DNA of 64,000 nucleotides from Eledone cirrhosa (Eukaryota). The stretch lies in contig OZ024745.1 of NCBI GenBank assembly GCA_964016885.1, positions 14,012,001 through 14,076,000 on the forward strand, read 5' to 3'. Each line of letters begins with the position of its first letter. Position 1 is the first letter of the stretch. The notes beneath the pieces were generated by a model, which saw only the letters and a list, made by a program, of their open reading frames with translations, had not been told where the DNA came from and made no database searches. Shown piece after piece: positions 13,086 through 25,384 of the stretch. The position numbers and the translations under genes are program-made.

Positions 13086-13198
13086 CTTTTCCAATCTGCA
13101 CTTCTTCCTATTCATTATTATTTATTTAACTTATTTGTTGATAAATATTTTTAATATTAATATAATATCCTTGCATTGCCTGGAAAAAAAGTGGATTA

Positions 13199-14357
13199 CA
13201 GGGAAAAATGCGGGCGCATGTAAAGAAATATTCTTAAATTAATAAACCTAGAAAAGTAAAGGACAAGAAAACTTCTTAAAACTTCTTAAAATATTGCAGC
13301 TAAAGTCTAAATTTAAAAAAAAATATTTAGATTATAAAACTAAAAATAAATAATTATAAGTTAATTGTTAAAAAAATATCACTTTAAAGGACTGGAAAAA
13401 TGACTGTCTTATAGGGAGAGTTAACTACTGTATACTTAATTTTTTTCTTGGTGTATACAAATTAATCTTTTTAAAATAAAATTTGTACAATAATTAATTA
13501 ATAATAATAATAATTAATATGTACAATTTATTAATTTATGTTATAAGATATTTAAAAATGTTCACTCTTAATCAAATTATATTTTTAAAAATTTAGTTAT
13601 AAAATAATGCAGTAAAATAAATCAAAAACAGTGCATCATATAATTGCACTTTTTATGAGTATTACAGATTTTTTTTATAATATAAGTAAAATTCAACATC
13701 TCAAGGGGCAAAATTAGGTAAAAGTCAATTCATCAATTATTCATTTATAGTGAACCAATCAGTTATAGTGAATTCATCAATTCATTAGATGAACTGTTGA
13801 ATTAGACAATGTTTAATTTTTAATTGTAGTCTAATTTTACTCTACCTAAAAATGTAGATTGGTTATTTTGATCTCTGACAGGTCTTAAATTTCATTATTA
13901 AACAATTATAATTTGTTATTATTTATCATTACAGTTGGCTCCCTAATTAATTATTAATTAATTGTTAGTGTCATTTACACGCCAAAATTTTGATTTATTT
14001 GATGTTTATAATTGTCACTCATTTTTTCAGTCCCATTTAGTAAAGTAAAATAAAGTATATTTATTTAATGACCCAACCACTATGGTGTAAATTAGGATCA
14101 CAAAATTAAATAAATGATCATAAATTAGTATTATTATCAATTAGAGAGTCAACTGTATTATTATAATTTATCACTTTCTATGTATATTTAAATCAAATAT
14201 TTTTTATTATTCAAATTTATACTATAGCTGCAACATTTTAAGAAGTTTTAAGAAGTTTTCTTGTCCTTTACTTTTCCAGGTGTAATAACTTGTCCTTTAC
14301 TTTTCTAGGTTTATTAATTTAAGAATATTTCTTTACATGCACCCGCATTTTTCCCTG
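13199..14357. mobile_element. Foldback / MITE-type DNA transposon with ~105-bp terminal inverted repeats
   Basis: TA|cagggaaaaatgcggg...tattgcagcta mirrored by tagctgcaaca...cccgcatttttccctg|TA. Very AT-rich non-coding interior. Confidence 0.88.
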
Positions 14358-15072
14358 TAATATTATATGTGTACAATTCTACAAACTGTGAATTATATAT
14401 ATCATTATCGTTTAACATCCATTTTCCAAGTTTGCATGGGTCAGACGGGTTGTCACATTATGAGACAAGTCAGGTCTAGAGACATCTTGCTCATATGGAT
14501 ATGTATTTTGGCTTGGTTTCTATGGCTGGATGCTCTTCCTAACACTAACCACCTTACAGGGTGGACTAGCTGCTTTTTGTAGTGTCACCAGCTTGATCAC
14601 CTTACAGGATGAACTGGGTGTTTTGTTGTTGTGGTGGCAGATCAGCATAGAGCGGACTTTCTGCTTTTTGAATATATATATATATATATCTTCTTCTTCG
14701 CCCACTTATTCTCTGAGAGGGTTGTGGAGGCAGAGTCATCAAACACTCCTCCCAGTGGGTCCTGTCAGAAGGAACTGTCAAAACTGATCCAGCTGGATCC
14801 CTAAGCAAGAATAGTCAAACTCAGTTATCCACCCAACTTGGTCATGGTCTACCCCTGGGTCTCCTGCCAGTTGGTTTTGCCCACAAAATCTGTCCAGCGA
14901 TTCTTTCAACCAGATGATAATATGAAAGGTTCTATCAATAATTAACAATCACTACTGATCTGATCAACTATTGCTATTAATAATTCAAATAATATGTATA
15001 AAAATTATGAAAAAAAAAAATAACAAAGTAATTGGAATAAAATATTTATCAATATTTGTACATTGGTTCCAA

Positions 15073-15345
15073 GTTTTAATAACAATTTAGCCATTAAACT
15101 GTTCCACATCTAGAGTTTTAATAACAATTTAGCCATTAAACTGTTCCACATCTAGAGTTTTAATAACAATTTAGCCATTAAACTGTTCCACATCTAGAGT
15201 TTTTATAACAATTTAGCCATTAAACTGTTCCACATCTAGAGTTTTAATAACAATTTAGCCATTAAACTGTTCCACATCTGAAATTTTAATAATACTTCAA
15301 TCATTAAAATGCTTCACATCTGGAATTTTAATAACAATCCAGTCT
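15073..15345. repeat. 42-bp minisatellite, 5 good + 2 degenerate copies, in or near the GHITM 3' UTR
   Basis: Unit gttttaataacaatttagccattaaactgttccacatctaga at 15073, 15115, 15157, 15199 and 15241. Confidence 0.95.
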
Positions 15346-15630
15346 CTAAAATGTTGATTCACTACAGAAAGATTTTTTGGGAAGGGATGTTAAAATAATT
15401 TTCATAAAGTACTGTATGTTATTAAGGTGAAAAGAAATCATGAGAAAAAGAGAACAAGGGAAATATCTAATTCAGTCACCAATATCAGAAGCCTGCTTTT
15501 AAAAGTCTATGTATAGTCTTTGTTTTTTTTACACCATCACAAATTTGAGTACGGTGACTCTTCATTGAATCTGGATTCTTGTTGAAGTCACAATAGTTGA
15601 GGCTGATGAGCAGCATAGCTGATTATTTTC

Positions 15631-15718
15631 TTAGCGTTTTCGGTTACCGCCGCCACCAGACAATATAGTGACAATCCGAATAAAAATGTTTATTGTGTCC
15701 ATATAAATACCAATAGAG
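15631..15718 (-). CDS. GHITM: GHITM last coding exon
   Basis: SIGIYMDTINIFIRIVTILSGGGGNRKR* (IYMDT motif and basic tail). cttcag acceptor, TAA at 15633-15631. Total CDS 1023 nt = 340 aa. Confidence 0.96.
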
Positions 15719-16829
15719 CTGAAGAAGAGAAAGAAAATATATTTAGAAACATGTTAAATGTAGTCCTTAAAAACATTGAAAATAATTTTAACATTGGTAC
15801 AATGCCAGTCATTTGGGGAAAGTAAATATTGATTATATTTACCCCAGCACTTAACTGGTACTTAATTCTATTAACCCCAGAAAGACGAAAAACAAAATTG
15901 ACCTCGACAGGATTTGAACTCAGAATGCAGAAAATTGTAACTAAATAGTGCAGTTCTTTTGCCCAAAGTTCTCCTGACACCACCCTAGAAATCATCACCA
16001 TCATTGCTTTTATGTCAATTTTTCCTTGCTCACATAGGTTGGACAGATCCTTTTCAGCACTTGTCATCTCCGTGATTTGAGACCATCTTTTATACAACAC
16101 AGGAGAAGAAAAAGTAATTTTTCACCCTAAACAGCATGAATGTAAGGCAGACAAACAATGTTTCTTGTAAATAGGCTCCATTACTTCTTTTCCTTTTCCA
16201 TAACTTCAAGAGGTCATTGAGGTATCATCATTGATTTTGGAACTAGGAAACATCATTTCTGTTTTCAGCTGCCCTCTGTGAAACTGCAAATTCATAGCCT
16301 GTACACTCTTCGATGTTACATTCATATCACTTCTGTAATCCTTGTTTACACCAAGCCAATTGCAGGTTGGTGAAGCTATTTAACCCATAATTGGGAGGGA
16401 TGTCTGTTGACTGAGGAGTTCATCTGCTCTTTTAACAGCTCTTAGTGTTTGTGCTGCTGGGGTTTCACCAGACCTTTCTCGTCAGAGCAGGGTCTGGTGG
16501 GGGAGCTGGTTTAGTTGCCAACCACTCGACTATGAAGCAGGTTGTACTGGTTACATGGTACCAGTAGCAGGCAGAAGCCTGAGTTTATCATAAATATATA
16601 AAAAGGGTCTGATGTCAACAAAGTATGTTTATTAGCCATCTGTCTAATGAGGAACATTGATAAATACTTTTGTCTTATGTGGTGTATCACAGAAACTGCA
16701 ACAACTGTAGTAAATGTTATACCAACACTATAAGTAGCTGTTACACCAACACTAGAAGTAACTGTTATATAACGCGATAAAAGGGAAATAACTCGTCTCT
16801 CATCTCTATTTATACATTTGAACTGAAAA

Positions 16830-17072
16830 ATCAATACATTACAAATTCGATTTTTGCACTTGGCCTGGGTCGATTTGAAAATTTTTTTGACCGATGTCTC
16901 TGCCGGACCTTCATCTATAAGTGTAGCAATTTCACCGAAATCTGAACGTACGGTTTAGGAGGAGATGTGTGCCGACCATTTTAGTAGACAGACAGACAGA
17001 CAACCTCAGTTTTATATATATATAGACTAGCAGAAAACCACCCACCGGGTGGTTTTCTGCTAGTCTATATAT
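16830..17072 (-). mobile_element. Helitron-type 5' end with (GACA)n, joined to a palindromic Helitron 3' end
   Basis: Minus strand CTAG|TCTATATATATATAAAAC followed by (TGTC)n. Same hairpin as 42466. A similar 5' end (TCTCCTTATAATA + TGTC repeats) lies at 18610-18877. Confidence 0.65.
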
Positions 17073-17506
17073 ATTTAACACACACATACATATATATATA
17101 TACACCCATGTTCATATTTTGAGATGCATTATTCTCAAATCAGATTATTATCTCTGACAGGAAGAACCAGTTTATAATTTTTAAGAAAAATTAAGCAGTC
17201 AGACATATTTTAGGAAACTTATGAATTCCTGTACACACACACAGACAAACACTTACACAGACAGACACATATGCTAACACACACTCATACATATGCACAT
17301 ATGCACACACACTAACACACACATACACACTTAAACCTATATATATGTATATATATAGACACACATAATATACATATATATATTATATATATATTATATA
17401 TACACACACACCCATATATAAAACACACACACGCACACACATATATAACACACACACGCACACACATAATACACACACACACACACGCATATATATATAT
17501 ATTATA

Positions 17507-17704
17507 TGTTCAGCCCCAGTGAGTTGGTTAAAACACCAAAAGCCAGTCTTAAAGTTGTCGTCTGTAAATTCAAAGAACTCGGCTGTGTCTGGCTAGATCT
17601 CCATGGTAACTACTCCAAGGTCGCGCGTGCCATGACTGGGAACGCAGGTGTCACGTGCTGGCCTAGAACGCTGGTTGTTGGAATCAGTGGTCAACGACAT
17701 AACA
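17507..17704. mobile_element. Putative solo LTR
   Basis: 198-bp GC-richer island with TGTT...AACA termini and tata on both sides, inside a TA-rich tract. Confidence 0.6.
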
Positions 17705-17824
17705 TATATATTATATGTGTGTTGAATAGTATAAATATTTCTTCGTATTTACTAACATATATATATATATATATATTATATATACATACATTATATATAT
17801 ATTATTAATATATTACATACGTAC

Positions 17825-17864
<40 letters not shown>

Positions 17865-17949
17865 TAAAATAAAAGATTAAAGTTTAAGCAAAGAATCGCT
17901 GCTTTCAACCTTAACGGGATCTTCTGAAACTAACCAATATATATATATT

Positions 17950-17980
<31 letters not shown>

Positions 17981-18129
17981 TACACACACAGAAATGTATA
18001 TATATTTCTTAGAACAAAATTATTATTAATGTTTTGCTGTTCATAACAATTGGAATTGAAAAATTACTTTTGAAATTATTAGTTATTTTACTAATGCTTA
18101 GATATGTAAAAATGAAGCAATGTTTCTAA

Positions 18130-18607
18130 TAATTGTTTCTACTTTTGGCACAAGGCCAACACACGTGGACATGCCCACAAAGTAAGAAAACAGCACAGTT
18201 CCCATGACTTTCGGAAACATTTTTTCACGCTCAGAGTTGCTGAAGCATGGAACAAACTACCTGCATCAGTTGTTAGCTGTCGAGACACTGCATCCTTTAA
18301 GGCCTCCATGCTTCCCGAGATCCGCCAACACTACAGCTAACACATACACACATGTACTTCCCTGTCATTTGTGTATTATTCTATGTACTATATTGACGAG
18401 TTGTGGTGCACCTGAGCACTTTACACAATAATTTCATTATTATTATCAATTACCCAGTACAGTACTGGTACTTTATTTTATCGACCCCGTGAGGATGAAA
18501 GGCAAAGTTAACCTCGGCGGTATTTGAACTCAGACCGTAAAGGGACGTAACTCCATGCTATGAAGCATGGTGTCCGACTCTCTACAGATTCTGCCAATCC
18601 ACCGCCC
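18130..18607 (-). mobile_element. OR-like SINE interrupted by a CR1 fragment
   Basis: SINE tail ...ggcacaaggccaac breaks at about 18160 and resumes as caattacccagt at about 18447. Confidence 0.85.
18160..18446 (+). mobile_element. CR1-type LINE 3' fragment
   Basis: Encodes TRGHAHKVRKQHSSHDFRKHFFTLRVAEAWNKLPASVV (CR1 ORF2 C-terminus) and ends in an (ATT)n tail. Confidence 0.85.
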
Positions 18608-20103
18608 TAATGTCTGTACGTAATGAGGGAGTGAGAGGGGAGAGAAAGAAAGGCAGAGGTGAAGTGACTCTCTCCTCCTCCATCTCCCCATTCGTCACAG
18701 CGATAGAGGGGAGGAATGTTAGTGTGTTACAAAGAGAAAGAGTGAGAGTGAGAGAAACAGACAGACTAAAAGAGAGGGATAGCTGGAGAGAGAGAGAGAT
18801 AGCAACCACGTGTGCACATGTTTCCACTGTCGGACAGACAGACAGATAGAAATTGCTGGTTATATATTATAAGGAGATTACAGCTAGTTTGTGGATATTT
18901 ACCAGTATTGCTGACATTTTTATACTGAAATACATCATCTTATATCTATTTAACAATGTTTCAAGCCCTTTTTAAAAACAGGTTTAAAAGGAGCAGAGCC
19001 CATGAACTTCTGAGGAGGAAGAGATTGGTGCTATTTATGCTCTACATAAACTATTGCAAGTTCATTCCTTTTAGAAAGACATGAGCCACAAGAAGGAAGT
19101 TCCAGTCGGCTGATATTCCGGACATAGTGGTTAGAGTGAGGTCTGAACAATTAGCACAACATGGATGATAAGAGTTAGCATTGCCTGAGTTCAGGTGGTA
19201 TTAAACCAAAACACAAAGACCAATGTAGTAGCTGGGGCAGAGACAAGCATGTTTGTAGGCCAGAAACTGGAGAGTGCTTGAAAGTGATTTTATGCTTTGT
19301 CGAAGGTTAATAATTGCTGAGAGGAGTGGGGTGGAGTATTTCTTGGCCTTGAAGAGAAGGGCCAGTCTTTTATACAATCAATTTAAAAGAAATAAATATA
19401 AGTCTGGTGAAACTAAAAGAAAGTACGAGAAGCTGATGGAATTGTAACATTCACAAGATTCTTTTCTTATATCTGTGTCAGCATACGGAATCAATGTGCA
19501 AGGCTGTGAGCAACTGTGTATGTCTGTGTTGCGGATTGGAAATGTTTAAATTAATTAAAAGATATACTTTAATCTAATTAACTCTTAGCATCCTGTAATG
19601 ATTTAATAGGAAATGTCTAAAAATTGGTTTGTTAATTCAAATGTCTATAGTAGTTTTCTTTACGAATGTTTATATTGTTGGTGTGAAAATTTGCAGTATT
19701 AATACTCTTTCTTTGTCCACTTATTCCTGAGAGGCTCATGAGGCAGAGTCCTCAAGAACTCCTTCCAGCGGGTCCTGTCAGAAGCAACCATCTCCAATTG
19801 ATCTGGCTGAATCCTCAAGGGAGCCCACATGATCTCATGGATGTTATCCAACCATCTTACTTGGGGGTCTACCCCTGGGTCTCCTGCTGGTTGGTTTTGC
19901 CAGTAAAATTTGTCCAGCAATTCTTTCTGACATCAAATTTTAAACTGATGTAGTCACAGTTTTGTTTTATACATTTCAAAAATGTCTTGCTGTGGTTTCA
20001 TGATGTACAGAGTCAAGAATCTAAGTGATTCAATGAAAGCAATATTGAAGGTACAAAAACAAAGCAAATGATTCAGAAGTTTTGAAAAACAATTGAGACC
20101 AAC

Positions 20104-20275
20104 CTGTTGATGGGGTCAAATGGCCGGCTAGCATACATAGGGTGTGACTCTGCATTTTTTATAATTTTTTGTGTATCATACAGCAAGAACATTGAAAAGA
20201 GAACCAAGCCACCATAGATGCTTATAGAGTAGAGCCCAGCACCAAGTGCTGTTGTGGGAGGCAGGAACATACCAC
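20104..20275 (-). CDS. GHITM: GHITM coding exon 6
   Basis: GMFLPPTTALGAGLYSISIYGGLVLFSMFLLYDTQKIIKNAESHPMYASRPFDPIN, with the TMBIM YDTQ motif. tttcag acceptor, gttggt donor, 172 nt. Confidence 0.96.
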
Positions 20276-20326
20276 CTGAAAATAGAAGAAAAGTTAATGT
20301 TTCTAAGTTCTATATTTCTGACTTAA

Positions 20327-21470
20327 CCCTTTAGCATTTAAACCGGCAATATTCGGCTAGAGTTCTCTCACCTCTTTCTGTTCAAACCAGCTGAAACTGG
20401 TCACTCATATTGATGTTAAGGTATTGTTCTCAAAATAAATAACATCAAAATCTCATAGATTCGATATTATGTGAGGTAAAGCCTTTACCATAAAAATACA
20501 ACAGTAAATATAGAGTAATGTAAATGTTGTGTGAGATATTATGTGAGGTAAAGCCTTTACCATGAAAATACAACAGTAAATATAGAGTAATGTAAATGTT
20601 GTGTGAGATATTATGTGAGGTAAAGCCTTTACCATGAAAATACAACAGTAAATATAGAGTAATGTAAATGTTGTGTGAGATATTATGTGAGGTAAAGCCT
20701 TTACCATAAAAATACAACAGTAAATATAGAGTAATGTAAATGTTGTGTGAGATATTATGTGAGGTAAAGCCTTTACCATAAAAATACAACAGTAAATATA
20801 GAGTAATGTAAATGTTGTGTGAGATATTATGTGAGGTAAAGCCTTTACCATGAAAATACAACAGTAAATATAGAGTAATGTAAATGTTGTGTGAGATATT
20901 ATGTGAGGTAAAGCCTTTACCATGAAAATACAACAGTAAATATAGAGTAATGTAAATGTTGTGTGAGATATTATGTGAGGTAAAGCCTTTACCATAAAAA
21001 TACAACAGTAAATATAGAGTAATGTAAATGTTGTGTGAGATATTATGTGAGGTAAAGCCTTTACCATAAAAATACAACAGTAAATATAGAGTAATGTAAA
21101 TGTTGTGTGAGATATTATGTGAGGTAAAGCCTTTACCATAAAAATACAACAGTAAATATAGAGTAATGTAAATGTTGTGTGAGATATTATGTGAGGTAAA
21201 GCCTTTACCATAAAAATACAACAGTAAATATAGAGTAATGTAAATGTTGTGTGAGATATTATGTGAGGTAAAGCCTTTACCATAAAAATACAACAGTAAA
21301 TATAGAGTAATGTAAATGTTGTGTGAGATATTATGTGAGGTAAAGCCTTTACCATAAAAATACAACAGTAAATATAGAGTAATGTAAATGTTGTGTGAGA
21401 TATTATGTGAGGTAAAGCCTTTACCATAAAAATACAACAGTAAATATAGGGTAATGTAAATGCTAACGGG
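20327..21470. mobile_element. TTAA-type (piggyBac-like) MITE carrying an expanded minisatellite
   Basis: TTAA|ccctttagcattt ... aaatgctaacggg|TTAA. Unexpanded relative at 27562-27765; related MITEs near 26579, 28566, 45586-45809, 48380-48560 and 50500-50731. Confidence 0.85.
20463..21462. repeat. 60-bp minisatellite, ~16.5 near-identical copies
   Basis: Exact 60-bp period; the only recurring variant is cataaaaa/catgaaaa. Confidence 0.98.
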
Positions 21471-22394
21471 TTAAGTAACATCTACTTTCCCACTCTACCT
21501 ATCATTCTCTGTTCATGGCTGACATTATTTAACCCAACTTTGGTAAAAATTCATAACAAGTGGTATTAACTAATTAGTCAATTGTGAAGCTGTGTGGCGT
21601 AGTAGTTAGGGAATTGGATACACAATTATAAAGTTGTGAGTCTGATTCCCAAACTAGGCGATGCGTTGTGTCCTTAAGCAAGACACTTCATTTCATGTTG
21701 TTCCTTCTACTATGAGTTGCAACTAGTAGATAGTAGTAGCAATGAAAACACCAATAGAAACATTGTTTCTTTGGTCCAATTTGACAAGTTCCACCACACT
21801 TGGAAAACAAATGTGGTCTGGGATCTTGTCAATCATTAAAAAAAAAAATTATTATTTAAAATTTTACCCAATTTTGGTAAAAATTTGTAATCAATAAATA
21901 TTAGCTAGTTTGAATTTGGCCCATTTCAGCTTAAAATCAATGGTGAATAATTTATTGGATTTTTCAGATTATTGGATTTATTTTGTCTTAAAGAATCAAA
22001 TGTTGAAATGGTATAAGCAATACAGCACCAGAGTAACAGTTCCCAACACACAGTTAACAAAGACTATTTGTTTAAAACATCTGATTGTCCTGCTAATTTC
22101 TAACTATCAATATTCCATGATTAAATATAGTTTATCATTTGATTGTGAATATTTATTTTCAAATAAGTTGGATTCCATGTTATCAGCAACAATTGTAAAA
22201 TATATATATTTGGAAGTTCAATATTTTTTCTTCTTTGCCCACTTATTCCTGTCCATCCAGTCATGTCTTGTCCACTACTTGAGAGTTACATTCTCAGTCC
22301 AATATCTGATGATAGCCTCACATTTCATTACTGAGAATAATACAGAAAATTTAAGTGAAAATAACTTAAATATGAAATAAAAGCAAAGTCTTAC

Positions 22395-22493
22395 CAATGG
22401 AAGAAACAAACACAACACCAAGACCAGCTGCCAAAGGACCACCCATGTTCAAAAACTTCTCACTTGGTGCACACATGGCCAATGTAGATAAAC
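22395..22493 (-). CDS. GHITM: GHITM coding exon 5
   Basis: GLSTLAMCAPSEKFLNMGGPLAAGLGVVFVSSI (CAPSEKFLNMG signature). ctacaag acceptor, gtaaga donor, 99 nt. Confidence 0.96.
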
Positions 22494-24338
22494 CTTGTAG
22501 AAGAAGGAAATATTTAATTCAAACATAAATATAAAAAAAATTTTTTTTATCATGTATATAACTAACCTCTCGGACTTTTACAGCTGAGAAGATAAAGTTA
22601 ATATAAAGAAGGATATGCTCATTCATGGAGATGCTATAGAATAGCTTATAAAATAGGATGAAGACCCTTTAAAGATAAAAAAGGAAGTTGCCATCAGCTA
22701 CCATGAGGAACCAAACCCCGCATAGTCTGGGGGATGTGAAGTTTGGTACCTCATGATTTTACATCCATTTTCCATGCTAGCATAGGTTTGACGGATTTTC
22801 ATGGTCAGAGGATAAATCTTACTCATATGTTGCATTTTTAACACAATTTCTCGAGCGGAATATCCTTTCTAATGCTAATCATTTACAGAATACACCAGGT
22901 GCTTTTCATATGGCACCAGCACTAGAAAAAATTATATAGTTAAATGCTCTTCTTGATGTCAACCTTCACTTATTTTTAAAGTAAAGTACAGAACTTTGCA
23001 CATTTAAACACTGAGCAGTGGGATATGACTGTGAAGAAGATAAACAAATATCACTGCTTCTGACATCTAATATGAAAAGAAGAGATAAACAAACATTCAC
23101 ACACACATGCGCATGTGTGCAAACAGCAATGCTACATGGAAGCGAAACCTAGGTACTATACACCGAAGATCTACACAGATTGGAAAGAAATGAAGCCTGT
23201 ATGCTCCAATGGATGTGCAGCAGTAGAGTGCATGAACAGCAAACTAAATGAATTAAGAGCAAAAATGGGTATAAGAGGAATCAAATGCTGTGTGTAGGAG
23301 AGAAGACTGCAATGGTGTGGACATGTGATGACAGCTGTATAAAAAGGTGCAGAGTGCTCAAGGTTGTAGGGTGCCTCAAAAGAGGAAGACGTGGGATGAA
23401 ATAATAAAGGCTGACCTGGTACAGCTGAAGCTCTTGTTGGAGATGATACAGAACCAAGACTTGTGGTGCTATGACATACAACAACCCTGTCCAGCCCACA
23501 TCATATGTGGCTTGTGCTTAGGAAGGGCATCCACCAATCATAAAATCCCATCCAAAACATGGTTATGAGCAAGGTATGATATGGTCAACTGGCCAGGCTT
23601 GCCTTATAAGTGGGTCCACCCAGTCCTACTCTGTAAAGGTGGTTGGTGTTAGGAAAGGCATCCAACAGCCATAAAAACCCAGCCAAAACACAGGTCCTAC
23701 TATGTGCAAGGTTCACAGACCTTCCTCATAACATGCTCACCCAGCTCCCAAAATATGGTTCCGCTATGAGCAGGATAGGGCACTGTCAAATGGCCAACCC
23801 TCTTTATCATGAGACCATCCAGTTCCACACTGTAAAGATGGTTCACGTTAGGAAGGGCATCCAGCAGCCGTAAAAATCCTCAGCCAAAACACAGGCTCCA
23901 TTATGGGCAAGGTTCGATACGGCCAACTGGCCATACCCATTCCAAATAGGGATCTGCTTAGAGCAGAGTAAGGTGTGGCCAAATGGCTTACCCCTCTCAT
24001 AATGGGACCACCCAGTTCTACACAGTAAAAGTGGTTGGTGTTAGGAAGGGCATCCAACTGTAAAAAATCCAGCAGTTCCATTCGAGCAAGGTTCTGTGCG
24101 GCTAATGGCCAGACTTGCCTGAATGTGGACAACCTGTCTGATCCATGCAAGCATGGAAAATAAGAGGTTAAACGGTGATGATGATGATATATATATATAA
24201 ACATTCTCACACACACATCTATGTATGAAGGCAAAAAGTAAACAAAAACAAAATACAATGATTGATAGTGATGGTGTGCTTAAAGATAATTGATGGTAAT
24301 TGTAATCTAAATCAGGTGATACAATTAAGGTAACTTAC

Positions 24339-24537
24339 CGCCAATAACTCCACTTGTGTACCAAGCTGCTCGAACCAAAAGTGGGCCACCCGCAAGGCAT
24401 AAGGGTGCAATGACAGCACCAACAATGCCACTATGAAGCATCCAGGCAAATTGTTTTGCACCAACTCCTGGTTGGTATGGAATAGAGCGAACCAGCATAC
24501 TGCTTCCAATCATTGCAGCAAATGTACCACCAATAAC
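24339..24537 (-). CDS. GHITM: GHITM coding exon 4
   Basis: VIGGTFAAMIGSSMLVRSIPYQPGVGAKQFAWMLHSGIVGAVIAPLCLAGGPLLVRAAWYTSGVIG. ttttag acceptor, gtaagt donor, 199 nt. Confidence 0.95.
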
Positions 24538-25384
24538 CTAAAAATAAATACACAGTTATTAAAAGTTCAAACAGGAAGTTACATTGTTGATGGAATAATG
24601 TTTTTAATTAATAAATAAAATCAGAAAATACTTTGTTGTTTCATCAATACAATCTGTATTAGATTTAAAACTAATTGTAATATTGTATATTAAATGTTTG
24701 TTCCAAGCCCAGAGAATCACCAGGCTGGAAGTTATCCCAGTTTTATTAGAATTAAACAAATGAGAGAAGATTTCCAACATGGACTGGACACTAGTCTGTT
24801 GTAGGATTAATTCCCAGGTGTTGTTGGTACTCATTTTTCTAGCTTAGTGGACTGCACCAAAAAGGAATAAAGTAGTTTGCAGCAGGACACACTGCATGAC
24901 CCAGTCTGGGAATCGAACTCCCGATCATATGATCATGAGCCCTACACTATAACCACTAGACCGTGTACCTCCCATATGACTAACATTGTTGAAGATGACT
25001 TTAAATGATGTTAAAGTAACATACATTGTCACATGGAGCAACCATAGCAGTGATAAGATTGTTGAAAATTTGTGTGCAACGAAAGGTTTCTAAATTTAAT
25101 TGTAGCTCTAGAACAAGCACGGGCAACATTTTTTGACCAGTGGGTCGAGGATGGGGCCCATTATAAGGTGGGTCACAATACTAAAAAGTTCAAGATATTT
25201 TGAAATTAGGCGTGCCATTCAGAAAGCCAAATGGGCCGCAGTTTTCCCATAACTGTTCTACATCTGGCGTTCATGTAGGGATTTACAAGTTTCTTCAACA
25301 GTACTAAATAATACATCATAGAAAATGTTTTTTCCTATAATAGTAATATATGTGTACAGTTAAGAAAGGGAAGAGAAAAATATA

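Noticed and set aside
16455-16510. Minus-strand CTGACGA...GAAAC, and a possible HDV-like ribozyme in this RTE 5' UTR-like repeat (paralogue at 51670-51830)
   Set aside because: I could not build either fold by hand, and the core words are not conserved in the paralogue.
20445-21481. 330- and 342-aa ORFs
   Set aside because: Translations of a stop-free 60-bp minisatellite inside a MITE in a GHITM intron.
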